Notes under the pieces: model-generated
Seen by the model: only the letters and a program-made list of their open reading frames with translations
Databases searched by the model: none
Told to the model about the DNA's origin: nothing
DNA from: a virus
Length of the DNA: 64,000 bases
Strand: one strand, 5' to 3'
IMG/VR virus record: IMGVR_UViG_3300003629_000001
Part shown: positions 1 through 10,102 of the stretch, one piece after another
Position numbering within the stretch: position 1 is the stretch's first letter
How the letters are laid out: every line of letters starts with the position of its first letter
Program-made: the position numbers and the translations under genes

Positions 1-597
1 ACCCCACCCCCACCCCTACCCATAATGACGCTCTCACACATATCACGCGCCATATATGACGCTCACAAGCAGGGACGCCCACCACCGCCCGCCCCGCCAG
101 TCCCCCGGTAGAGGCCCCGAGGCTCCCGTCAACGGCACATAGAGAGACGGACGGAGAGCGCATTAGAGAAGGTTTTCTCCCGTTTCGGGGGGTCTTACAG
201 AATGAAAGTTATCGAAAGAGAGAATCAACCCATTTTCACCCTTCCACCCCCTCTCTTCTCCCAATAGGGAATGACCCCGCCCCCTTCTTGCTCATTACCC
301 CGTCCCCCCGTCTCGCAAATCATTCAGTTTTCACCCCGTCACCCCCTCTCATTCCCCATTTGGGAAAGGCTTATGCCCCCAGCACCGCTATCAGTACACG
401 TATGACCGAGGTAGACACCCCGCTCGAAATCATCTTGGACGAGGGTCAGATTCAGGCCCTCAAGAACGGTGAGACTATCGAATGCGTGCTGAATGAAGAC
501 GGCGACCGCACTGACAAACTTCAGATACAGTGGAAGACGGTTATCGAATCTGAAGGGGCTGGTCGCCTACACGACGAACTCACGGAGATATTCGACA

Positions 598-1032
598 ATG
601 ACTGACAAACTGATTCGACCGGAGTTGATTGAGGAAGTGGCCCGCATGGTCAAACGCGGTGAGACGCCCGTGACGGCGGTTGAAGAAGACGGGTTCGTGC
701 TACAGCACTCTCGCAATCGAAGCCGCTGTACGTTCGTGGGCCTTCGAGAAGAGGGTGACACGTTCATAGTGGCGAAGATGTGGTTCAAGACCGAGACGAT
801 TGGGCGGAATGAACCCCGTATCCAGCAGTCCAAAAACGAGTACGTTCAGTGCGAACTCTATCGCATGGACGTAGTAGAACCTACGGACTCTGACGAGACT
901 GTCGAAGCCCTCGCTGACGCGATTGACAACAAGCGCTACGCGGAGAAGATAGACACGGGATACATCAACGGCTACCGGCTGACCGCGCTCTCTGACGTGC
1001 TGGACGACCTGTTCCGGTGGTACGGTGAGTGA
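598..1032 (+). CDS. hypothetical early protein
   Basis: Acidic ORF; ATG at 598 overlaps the end of the preceding ORF (402-605) and is a more likely start than 493. Confidence 0.6.
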   Translation: MTDKLIRPELIEEVARMVKRGETPVTAVEEDGFVLQHSRNRSRCTFVGLREEGDTFIVAKMWFKTETIGRNEPRIQQSKNEYVQCELYRMDVVEPTDSDETVEALADAIDNKRYAEKIDTGYINGYRLTALSDVLDDLFRWYGE

Positions 1033-1408
1033 CCCTGTACTCACGCTGAAAATCGAACTCCGTCACGACGTGCGAGACTCGAATACGGATATTGAGTCCA
1101 TCGAAGAGCGTGTTGTCGGTTTCGTCAACGACACCGAGGGAAAGGCGAATGCGGCGGCTATCGAACTTCACCCGAACTTGTCGGCGGAACTGGCGAATGT
1201 CGATTCCGGGGTGCTTGATACCCGTATTGCTGTAGGCCACCGTGCGTCCGGGCTGTTCCTCGAACTGAAGGGGAACAAGCGCTTCGCGGAGCGTGATTTC
1301 GAGCGTATCGTTCACTCGGTCGTCATGGCGCTTGACCACACCTACGCAAACGATGTGGAAGCCCGTGGCTGGACGGTTCAGGCGACCGAAAAGGGGCGTC
1401 ATGTATGA
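1025..1408 (+). CDS. hypothetical protein
   Basis: Overlaps both neighbouring ORFs; acidic haloviral composition. Confidence 0.6.
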   Translation: MSDPVLTLKIELRHDVRDSNTDIESIEERVVGFVNDTEGKANAAAIELHPNLSAELANVDSGVLDTRIAVGHRASGLFLELKGNKRFAERDFERIVHSVVMALDHTYANDVEARGWTVQATEKGRHV

Positions 1409-2046
1409 GCGACCGTCTTCGCTATAACGATATAGGACTGAACCTCGGAAAACCCGCTGTCTCGGTCAACTGGACTGACGGGTACGTGACGGTAGTGGGT
1501 GAGTGCGTTCAGATGTGGATTGAAATACCACGGGACTCCCTCGGGGACGTTGACCACCTGTCGTTTTGGGAGTATCACGACGCACTTGTTCACTCTAACG
1601 AGTACGACTATAGCGACCGAGAGTGTGAGGCGTGCGAGCGGATGAAAGAAATGGGTCTGAAATGATTAGTGTAGCCCGCGCTGGCCCGGAGTTCGAGGAT
1701 TGCGACCTGTTTACGCCGTTCTGGACGTGCCTTCGGTGCGATTCGACGCAATTCGAGTACGTAGACAGCACCGACCGCCCGGACGAGTGTGTTCAGTGTG
1801 GGTATCACCAGTTCCAGCCGGAGTACCACGTTCTCGTTTCAAGATAATGCCTCTGAAATTTGTCACTGAACGGCGGTGTAAGGAAAAAGATTGCCGAGCG
1901 TATCAGCCGGATAGGAGTCCAGAGTACAGGTACAAGGCCCCAACCACTTGTTATTCCTGTCATTCGTGGCATGACGAGTTTCATGTCACTCTGAAGCGTG
2001 TTAGTGTCCGAACTGGGTTCCGCTGGAACGCGAACCACCAAGGCTC

Positions 2047-2111
2047 ATTCCCGTAACGGGGAAGATTTATTACCCCGGCGCGTGTACTATACTGTACGGA
2101 GAGATACTGAA
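2047..2111 (+). promoter_or_regulatory. conserved viral promoter cassette, copy 1
   Basis: ATTCCCGTAACGGGGAAGA-TTTATTA...TACTATACTGTACGGAGAGATACTGAA-ATG(2112); closely matches the copy at 15641. Confidence 0.75.
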
Positions 2112-2318
2112 ATGCTACGATTGGACACCCGAACATTGGCTGTTGCGTATGAGTTGGAACACCCCGTCTTCGGGGACGATGTTGACGATGATTTCGTTGT
2201 CTACGGTGGCGACGACAGTCTGTTGACCGGCTTCCGGCTGGACTCACTCGTCGGGTTCGACGCCGAGCAATACGCGCCTGCTGACTACAGCGTTTCGACG
2301 CTGAAGATTGAGGTATAA
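2112..2318 (+). CDS. small hypothetical protein
   Basis: In-frame ATG directly after the promoter cassette. Confidence 0.6.
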   Translation: MLRLDTRTLAVAYELEHPVFGDDVDDDFVVYGGDDSLLTGFRLDSLVGFDAEQYAPADYSVSTLKIEV

Positions 2319-3122
2319 TCAATGAAACTGAAAATTTCGCGTCATGACCCCGGAAAGCCCGGTGGGAAGGCGTTCGTAGAGACGGAGAACGTACAGGTCG
2401 TGGCTGACTACGCGACGGTGGACGGTGAACACCTGAAACTCGGCTACGATAATAAAATAATGGTCGATATTCACGTTGGCGACTGGGAAAAGGCTGTGGA
2501 CGCCGAAAACGCCGTTCGTCGGGCTATCCAGTACAACGAGACGTGGACGCTCGAAGAAGGGTGTATCGACGCGTGAAGCACGAACGAAACACCGCTGACG
2601 AGCGCTACGAGAGCGTTGACGCGCTCTTTGGCCCCGACGGGCCGACTGTTCGTCAGCCCTACGGTGTCGCCTACAACGGATGGTACACGGACGCTCTCAC
2701 GATTCAGAAAGGCGGCCTTCGGAAACTGAACGTGTGGGAAGCCGTGTTCGTCACGAAGCAAAATGAGAACGTCACGGTCTACCCGGAAGGCGACGGTGAC
2801 GTGTATCTGGACGGAAAACGCGTTGGCGTGTTCCAGTACGCCTTCGCACTGGGGGAATCATGAGCGACGAACGGAATGACCCCATCGAAATGGCAATCGA
2901 AGCGCCTAAAGCGTCCATCGACGCGCTGGGGGACGAGTTCGACCCGATTGCACGGTCAAGTGACTCAATCGTGCTGGAAGAGGTGTTCGCTGACGTGGTA
3001 GAGTTCGTTATCCAAGAGGATTTGCCGACGACGGAGTGGGATTTGGGCGACCTGTCCGAAGTGGCGTAGTTGGGTACGCGTTTTCCGAAGTGCTTGTTCT
3101 CACATTACCCCTACTGTGAAGT

Positions 3123-3377
3123 ATGACAATCGACTGGCGAGCGCTCCTTCGCATTATCGACTGGTTCGTACCGTTTGAGGTGTTTACAGCGGTCTTCGTG
3201 GTGTTTGCACTGGAAAACGTCACCGACTACTACTTCTCGTTGTACGTGTCCGAAGAGGTTTCCGGCCCGATTTGGCTGGTGATTGCACTGGTCGCTATGG
3301 TGTTCCTGAACTTCGCGTCGGCGGACGAGGAAGAGCGAGAGGAACTGGAAGACGACGTGGACGACCTGACGGACTGA
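3123..3377 (+). CDS. small membrane protein (2 TM, acidic tail)
   Basis: Two hydrophobic segments followed by an Asp/Glu-rich C-terminus. Confidence 0.6.
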   Translation: MTIDWRALLRIIDWFVPFEVFTAVFVVFALENVTDYYFSLYVSEEVSGPIWLVIALVAMVFLNFASADEEEREELEDDVDDLTD

Positions 3378-3397
3378 CAGTACTCCTAATAGCAGTC

Positions 3398-3460
3398 ATT
3401 TCCCATACGGCAAAGATTTTTCAGTGTTCGGAAACTATTCTACGGTGAAGTGAACTGTAA
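3398..3460 (+). promoter_or_regulatory. promoter cassette, degenerate copy
   Basis: ATTTCCCATACGGCAAAGATTTTT upstream of ATG 3461. Confidence 0.5.
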
Positions 3461-3859
3461 ATGAGCAACAAGACCGAATTGGAACGCATAGAGGAAGAAC
3501 AGGGCAAACTGGCGGCTATCAAGCACACCATTAGCAACGGCAAAGAAGAAATCTCGGAAGACGTAGACGACATTCGTGAAGAGGTAGACGACCTGAAGAC
3601 CGAACTCAAAGGCGGTGAGATTGAGAAGGTGACGTGTCGTGCCTGTGAGCGTGAAGTGAACTCATTCGAGGTGTCTCGGTGCGAGCATTGCGGTTACGAC
3701 GCGAGTGGTCACACGACGTGGAAGTGGATTCACGCGCTACTCGCTGGTGTGTTGTGTGCTACGTTAATTGGGATTCCGCTGGCGATTCTCCCGATTCTGA
3801 AAGCACGGAAGCACGGAACGAGGGCGAGTCAGGGCGTCGTCAAGGTTCACCGCTCGTAA
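3461..3859 (+). CDS. coiled-coil + zinc-ribbon + TM protein
   Basis: CRAC...CEHC pairs followed by a hydrophobic helix. Confidence 0.65.
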   Translation: MSNKTELERIEEEQGKLAAIKHTISNGKEEISEDVDDIREEVDDLKTELKGGEIEKVTCRACEREVNSFEVSRCEHCGYDASGHTTWKWIHALLAGVLCATLIGIPLAILPILKARKHGTRASQGVVKVHRS

Positions 3860-3922
3860 TACCCCTACTGTGAGTGGAGAAGGGGTACATCAGCCGGGTT
3901 ACATTGGATTCATTCTATAGTC

Positions 3923-3974
3923 GTTCCCGTATGGGGGAAGATATTTACGTCGGGGTATTGTACCATGTACTGTC
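3923..3974 (+). promoter_or_regulatory. promoter cassette copy
   Basis: GTTCCCGTATGGGGGAAGATATTTA...TGTACCATGTACTGT upstream of GTG 3975. Confidence 0.6.
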
Positions 3975-4883
3975 GTGTCCCAAACTGAACCTGAACCAAC
4001 AAACGACATGGACGCTGACGAAGTGTGGCAAACTCATATCCATAACCCGGATAAGGAGTTTACTGTCTACGCTTCGGTAACTACCGAGTCCCCGGAACTG
4101 GCAACCGCCGCCACGAAACGCGGAGAGACGCGTGAACTGATTCTCTCCGAGGGCGGCGACTTATCCAGTGGAGAGCCTGTCCCTTCACACAACTGGCCCT
4201 TCGTCCAGCAGAGCGCTCCTGACGCGAATCTGAACCGGACACTCGTCCACTGTGCTGGCGCGGCGGTCGGGTATTATCTTCACCACCTCGAAACCCACGC
4301 TATCCAAGAGGAACACACCTACGAGCAAATGGCCGCACTCGTTGACGAGAACGGCTTCCCGCTCGAAGAGTTCCAAGTATTCGTGGACTCGCTGGACAAG
4401 AGCGCCCGGAAACTCCGGTTGCTCGACCTGCTGGACTTTCGCGTGGGCAAGGGCGGTGACTGGGCCGCTGAACCGTACCGAGACACCTGTACGTGGCGGA
4501 CGACGAACTTGAGCGAACAGGGACAGCGGTTCGCGGAGCGGCTGGGTCGGGAACTTGACTTGAACCCCCAGCACTGCTACCGGAACGCACAGCAAGCGGC
4601 TATCAAGCACGCTGACAACCACCACGTCAAATACTTCGAGGGTCTTGCACTCCCGAAGCAGGGCTGTCAGGTGAGCCGTCACGCGTGGATTGAGTTCGAC
4701 GGCGAGGTTATCGAACTGACGTGGCCGTGGCACACCTACGACGGCAACGACGCGGTGTACTTCGGGACGGAGTTCGACGCGGAAGAGGTAGAAGAGACGT
4801 TCAACCGTCGAGACGGCGGGTCACAAATCATCCTGTCGGACGAACAGACGCGGAAACTGAAACAGGTGCGAAGCGAAGCATGA
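3975..4883 (+). CDS. protein with C-terminal papain/transglutaminase-like domain
   Basis: CYRNA...EGLA...HAWIE...VIELTW, a Cys-His-acidic triad pattern. Confidence 0.55.
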   Translation: MSQTEPEPTNDMDADEVWQTHIHNPDKEFTVYASVTTESPELATAATKRGETRELILSEGGDLSSGEPVPSHNWPFVQQSAPDANLNRTLVHCAGAAVGYYLHHLETHAIQEEHTYEQMAALVDENGFPLEEFQVFVDSLDKSARKLRLLDLLDFRVGKGGDWAAEPYRDTCTWRTTNLSEQGQRFAERLGRELDLNPQHCYRNAQQAAIKHADNHHVKYFEGLALPKQGCQVSRHAWIEFDGEVIELTWPWHTYDGNDAVYFGTEFDAEEVEETFNRRDGGSQIILSDEQTRKLKQVRSEA

Positions 4884-5938
4884 ATCTGGAACTCACGATT
4901 CAACTTGAAAAAGACGAAACGGCGACTGAACAACTCGCCCGTGGCGTTGACGACGCCGTAGACGGGGACAGCAGTACGGCCAATGCTATGGACGAAGTGA
5001 AAAAAGACGTTGAAATCGCGCTTTCCGAAGCGGGATACGAAGACGCCGAGGTGACGTTCATCGAACGGGTATGACTCCGACGGATTGGGCGATTCTCCTA
5101 ATACCGTTAGCAGGCTGGATTCCGGGCGTGTACTTCCTGTGGCTGAACGCAACGAAGGGCGCGGAGTACGCTCGGAAGAAGACACACCAGTACGACAACA
5201 ACGAATATCGACAGACTGACGCCGGTGCTATAGCGATAGACGACGAGCGCTGGATAGTCTACCTCTACAGAGAATGATTTGCTACGGTTATACAGTTCCG
5301 AAAGTCAACGACCGGGGAGAAATGTGGACTGAAAAAGAATACTACGATATTCCAATGAATACCGGAATTGATTGTATTCTGTCAGAAGTGGTGATACGGC
5401 GGTGATTCACTACGGATACCGGATGTGGTTCGAGAACGGAACTCGGTACGCGGAAACAGAGCGAGTGGGAATAGACCCACCCGACAGTGTGGTCGATTAC
5501 AGACTGACAAAAATAATCGTAAAACGATGATAAAACTAAACATCCAAACTACGTCGCACGACAGAGCGGAAAATGGCTGGTATGCCATTACTCGGTGGGA
5601 CGACGCCTACCGAAATTCACCAAAAGTTCGGTCGTTGCGTGAAATCAAGGTGGTAATATGATAGGGGAGCAAGGTAGCGGCGTTCAGAAGTTCTTCAAGT
5701 GTTCGCACTGTCACCGGAAAGTCGTTGTTAGCACCGAGGGCAACTTCGAGGAAACGTGGTGGGCTGACGGCTTCGAGACGCGTACTGCACTTCCCGAGGT
5801 GTGTCCACACTGTGTGAACTACGAGACGTTCGTGGAACAGGTGGAGTTGACCACGATTGAGGTGTTCTACGACTGGGGGTATCGTCAGTGGTCGGATTCC
5901 AGTTCAGAAGGGTGGCGGTTCAAAGTCGAAGTAGGTCG

Positions 5939-6220
5939 TTAATCCGAAGCGGTTTCTGGTTTTTCGACTGTCTGTGTTCCCGAGGTGAGACTGTCGTCGG
6001 TTAGAACGATATGTTTTTTGTCGATATAGACGTTCGTGTTTTTGTAAGTAAATGACATGGAAAAATCATCCGGGTTTGATTCCCATGCTTTCTGTAGTGT
6101 TTCTGTGTCAATGCCCGCGCCGGGAAGATTAATGGCTTCCATGCTTTCGTCACGGAATCCCATTAGAGCCTCTGTAATGGCGCATACGAGTTCAGGGTCG
6201 TTATTCAATCTATGCCGCAC
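5939..6220 (-). CDS. HalOD1-like small domain protein
   Basis: AITEAL...IDTETL...SFTYKNTNVYID resembles the halobacterial output domain 1 pattern; AT-rich and on the opposite strand. Confidence 0.5.
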   Translation of the reverse strand: MRHRLNNDPELVCAITEALMGFRDESMEAINLPGAGIDTETLQKAWESNPDDFSMSFTYKNTNVYIDKKHIVLTDDSLTSGTQTVEKPETASD

Positions 6221-6414
6221 AAGCGATTATAGAATATTGAATGTTATAAAACTCCCGATGAACGTATCAATTTCTGATAACTGAAACCGTGAGAAATTTT
6301 GATACGTTTTCCGTACAGCGATTTGTCATTGTATTTTTATTTTTGATATATTTTAGCAGTTTGGGAACGGCAACGAGAGTATCCTTATCAGACGCCGAGA
6401 ATTAAATTCGCACA

Positions 6415-7872
6415 ATGTCTGGTAACGGAGAGGGCTTCACAGACGCACAGATACAGGTTCTTAAACACGTACCAGCCACTCGGCTGGAAATCGCTGACGA
6501 ACTCGGCATATCTTCGCGGGCGGTGCGGGGGCGGATGGACGGTATCGAAGAAAACGGCGGTCGTTTTCAGCGCGACGAAAACGGCGTATGGACGTGGAAG
6601 GGTGAAGAAGACCTTGAAACCGTTCTCGAAGCCTATGGCGTCGATTACGACCCTGACGGAAAGAGCGAAGAGAATAAATTCAAACCCGGCGATTTGAGCG
6701 AGCGCGAAGCGTACCTTCTGAAAGACGTACTCCCGGCTGACAACGAAGAAATCGCTGACGAACTGAAAATCTCCGAGCGGATTGCTGATACGTATATTGC
6801 TGAACTACAGCAAGAACACAACGTCCCGATTGAGTACGACGACGTGAACGAAGCGTACTACGTGGACGACCCAACCGTCAAGCGGAAGATTGGGTCGCAC
6901 CACATGGGAACGATTACTCGGAGAGCGAACGACTGGCTGGCGGCGGTCGAAGACAAGCAGATACGACAGGCACGCTCGGTTGAACCGGTTACGGCCATGC
7001 AAGACCCCTCGCCGGGGAACGAAGACATTGTGGCGGCGTTCAGCGACCTTCACGTCGGTCAGAGCGTTGAAGACGAGACTGGTGACAAGGTGTATTCGGA
7101 GCGAGAGTGGCGTGAAGCCGTTCGAGAGTTCACCCAAAAGTGTCTCGAAATCCCCGAACGCATGGTTTCAGGCAATATTGAGTTCGACACGATACACCTA
7201 CTGCTGAACGGTGATATGGTGACGAACGAAAACATCTACAATCACCAGATAGAAGACATATCCGCATATCTCGCTGACCAGATAAATATTGCCGTAGAGG
7301 AACTGATTCAACTGATTATCACCCTCTCGGAACACTACGAGACAGTCAATGTCGTGTGTCAAGTAGGAAATCACGGCGAAATGCGTGCGTCCGGTTCCAG
7401 TCGTCAGGCGAATGCTGACCTTTTCCTTTACCGCGAACTCGAACGTATTGTCCACTACTCCGAGTACGAGAACGTGAACTTCGACGTGGGGGACGCGACC
7501 GCGTACAAGACGTTCGACCTTCGAGGTGGGGAGTGGACTGGCTTCGCAACCCACGGTCAAGACGCCTACGAACAGATTACGGGTACTTCAGCGTCCGACA
7601 GCCAAATGCAAAACTGGCTTCTCGGTCTTGAGAACGAACCGGACATTTTCTTCATGGGCCACTATCACGAATATCGGCACGCTCCGGTCAACGGCGTTCC
7701 TGCTGTTCGGATTCCCAGCCCGAAGCCCGGCGGTATCTTTGAATGGAAGATTGGGAAGATGGAAGCCCGAAAGGTTGATACCAAACTGGGGTACATTCAC
7801 GGAGTCAGCGACGACCGTGTTCAGACGTGGCAAGCAGTGGTTGACGCTAAAGACTCTGACATAATTGATTAG
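6415..7872 (+). CDS. HTH-containing calcineurin-like metallophosphoesterase
   Basis: Two HTH motifs (EIADELGIS, EIADELKIS) plus SDLH, NGD, GNHG, HG and GHYH phosphoesterase motifs. Confidence 0.85.
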   Translation: MSGNGEGFTDAQIQVLKHVPATRLEIADELGISSRAVRGRMDGIEENGGRFQRDENGVWTWKGEEDLETVLEAYGVDYDPDGKSEENKFKPGDLSEREAYLLKDVLPADNEEIADELKISERIADTYIAELQQEHNVPIEYDDVNEAYYVDDPTVKRKIGSHHMGTITRRANDWLAAVEDKQIRQARSVEPVTAMQDPSPGNEDIVAAFSDLHVGQSVEDETGDKVYSEREWREAVREFTQKCLEIPERMVSGNIEFDTIHLLLNGDMVTNENIYNHQIEDISAYLADQINIAVEELIQLIITLSEHYETVNVVCQVGNHGEMRASGSSRQANADLFLYRELERIVHYSEYENVNFDVGDATAYKTFDLRGGEWTGFATHGQDAYEQITGTSASDSQMQNWLLGLENEPDIFFMGHYHEYRHAPVNGVPAVRIPSPKPGGIFEWKIGKMEARKVDTKLGYIHGVSDDRVQTWQAVVDAKDSDIID

Positions 7873-7904
7873 TAGCGGTAACAATAATTGAATAACGTTA
7901 TAAT

Positions 7905-8016
7905 GCTTTGCTCCGTCTGTCAGAGGCCACGCGGTGAAATTGGGATGTTTCGCGGTGAGCCAACTTGTCGTTCGTGTATTGGTAGAATGAAGAGGCAAGA
8001 ACGGACGGAGTAAGGC
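7905..8016 (+). ncRNA. candidate structured ncRNA
   Basis: 16-bp closing stem 7905-7920/8001-8016, fully paired with 3 G-U pairs, with internal hairpins; intergenic. Confidence 0.5.
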
Positions 8017-8054
8017 AATTCCGCCACTTCATTCCCTAACACTTATTATTCTAT

Positions 8055-8160
8055 AAACGCTACTTCGGAGTGCCGAGACAACAACTCGGCGTGTCAATTC
8101 GTCCCAACAGACCTCTGTTGGTTCAGGGCGTCTTCGGCATTTATCCGAAGGCGTTTTTAA
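8055..8160 (+). ncRNA. candidate three-hairpin RNA or terminator element
   Basis: Hairpins at 8072-8090, 8104-8121 and 8127-8155, followed by a T tract. Confidence 0.4.
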
Positions 8161-8185
8161 GTGTATTCAGCCTCTACAGACGTGT

Positions 8186-8560
8186 ATGACGACAGTTAGT
8201 AAACTCATAGAATCCATAGAGTTGGATATTGGTGGCCGTGTGAATGTTGAAGAGCCTGAACCGGACACAGAGGAAGACGAGATTCAAGGCGTTGACCCAG
8301 TTCCCGAAATGGAACAGCCGATTGAGGGAGTGAATCTGCTGGAAGAAGACTCCCTTGGCTCTTATTTGACCGTTCAAAAGCGAAGCGGGAATAACCAATA
8401 CAACTACGAATACTGTTTCCGTGTTGACGGAACCACCGCATATCTGACAACCCTGACTCGCATGGAAGACGGAAAGGATTGTGACCGCTACTGGGTTCCC
8501 GAAGAGGTACGAAATGAAATCCAGAAGCACCACCCGGACGTAGGAGTCGTGATTTACTGA
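8186..8560 (+). CDS. hypothetical protein
   Basis: Acidic ORF with TTTTAA ~26 nt upstream, consistent with a leaderless archaeal promoter. Confidence 0.6.
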   Translation: MTTVSKLIESIELDIGGRVNVEEPEPDTEEDEIQGVDPVPEMEQPIEGVNLLEEDSLGSYLTVQKRSGNNQYNYEYCFRVDGTTAYLTTLTRMEDGKDCDRYWVPEEVRNEIQKHHPDVGVVIY

Positions 8561-8969
8561 TAGGGGTACTGTAGACCGAGGGGACTGGTGTTTGGGATTT
8601 GGAAGAACGAGGATTTAATAAGGTTCGTGTGAGAGTATGACGTGTCCCCGCTGGCACACCGGGGATAGCAAGCCGACCACCTCTCCGAGTCCTGTTCGTG
8701 TTCGTCCGGCGCGGCTTGATGAACCGCGCTGGGGTGTGGCTTTTCTCCACACTTTACGAATCAGACCGATAGAAGAACGCTGTCGCCGTCATACTAACTT
8801 TTATGTGAACTGGCTTCAACAGGCGCTATTAGACCGTTCATTCCTTGTGAGAGGAAGGACGCCGGGTGTGACCCGGTGTCGGTCGCCCCTGAACGGTCAC
8901 GCGGGGTTGCCGCCCCGTCGGCCCGGAGAGCCGTGAGTGCGACCATACAGGGAAGGAACCGATTCGACA

Positions 8970-9626
8970 ATGAGTACATCAAACCCGGAAACCAAAAAAG
9001 TAACGGATAGCGCGGAAGAGCAACCTCTTGACGCCCGAATCGACAGATTAGAGGATATTGTAGACGGCCTATGTGAGCGTGTCGAAGAACTCGAAGACGA
9101 AGTAGACGACCACGATAAACGCATGGACGCGCTCTCGAAAGGGGTAAATCATGCGAAGGATGAAATTGAGGTTCTGAACGCCCACACTGGACTCGGTGAC
9201 GTAGACGACCCCGAGGAATCACAGTCCCGTGAGAGCCAGCAGGACGCTCGTGACGAGACAGCGCTGGAAGATGTGGTGTCGCTCCCCGAACCGATTGCTC
9301 AAGACTCACTGTCGTCCAACCAGTTACGTGCGCGGTTCGTGGCGAAGGACATAGTGGAATACAGCACTTCGGTTCCGGCTGGCCGGAAGATACAGGCTGG
9401 CGAGATTCGGCGGGTGCTTCGAGCGGGAACCGAGTGTAACGGACACACGGAAACAGTTGACCGTGTAATCAAGATACTGGATAGGCTGGGAGAAGACCAA
9501 GTAACCGTCCGATTCGACCGAGACGGAGAGCGTCAGGTGGTGTTTGATGATGAACTCGCGGCTGGGTTGCTAAGTGCAAGAACTCGCTCACGACGTTGTG
9601 ATTCCAATGCGGGAGAGGGGGCGTGA
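8970..9626 (+). CDS. coiled-coil + putative wHTH protein typical of haloarchaeal mobile elements
   Basis: Coiled coil (RIDRLEDIVD...) then NQLRARFVAKDI...HTETVDRVIKILDRLG; family recalled from memory, not searched. Confidence 0.5.
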   Translation: MSTSNPETKKVTDSAEEQPLDARIDRLEDIVDGLCERVEELEDEVDDHDKRMDALSKGVNHAKDEIEVLNAHTGLGDVDDPEESQSRESQQDARDETALEDVVSLPEPIAQDSLSSNQLRARFVAKDIVEYSTSVPAGRKIQAGEIRRVLRAGTECNGHTETVDRVIKILDRLGEDQVTVRFDRDGERQVVFDDELAAGLLSARTRSRRCDSNAGEGA

Positions 9627-10102
9627 TAGAAGCAAGGGAGCCTGACGTGACGAGCGGTTGAAGAACGGGCTACTACCACAGTAGCCCTACTGTATCACTG
9701 GCAAGACTGGGCAAGAACCCCGCTGTTTCAGTAGTAGTATCGTATAGATAGCCACAGTTCGTCGGTGTATGCTTCGTTTTGTAGAATCACAACACTGTGA
9801 TTGAGTATGTTGTCGTTGTATCTTCGTTGGTACTCTATAGGAACTCTTATAACGTTATAGAATAGTGGTTGCTGTAGGCGGTGCGGTATTAATACAGTAA
9901 GAGAGTATATATTAATATACTTATACTATGTACGATTTTACTAACTCCGAGTTTTCTATACAGCACAACGAATTGAATAGCCCTAATATGAAAACATCGG
10001 TAATCGGGATACTGAACGGTGGGTTTATGCCGTTCCGTTTCCAATGTAGGGATGGACTTTGAAATGAAAAAAGACGAACCTGAACCAACGGAGTGGGACT
10101 AA

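Noticed and set aside
288-401. Pro-rich N-terminal extension of the first ORF
   Set aside because: It is a translation of the C-rich non-coding tract; the acidic protein likely starts at ATG 402.
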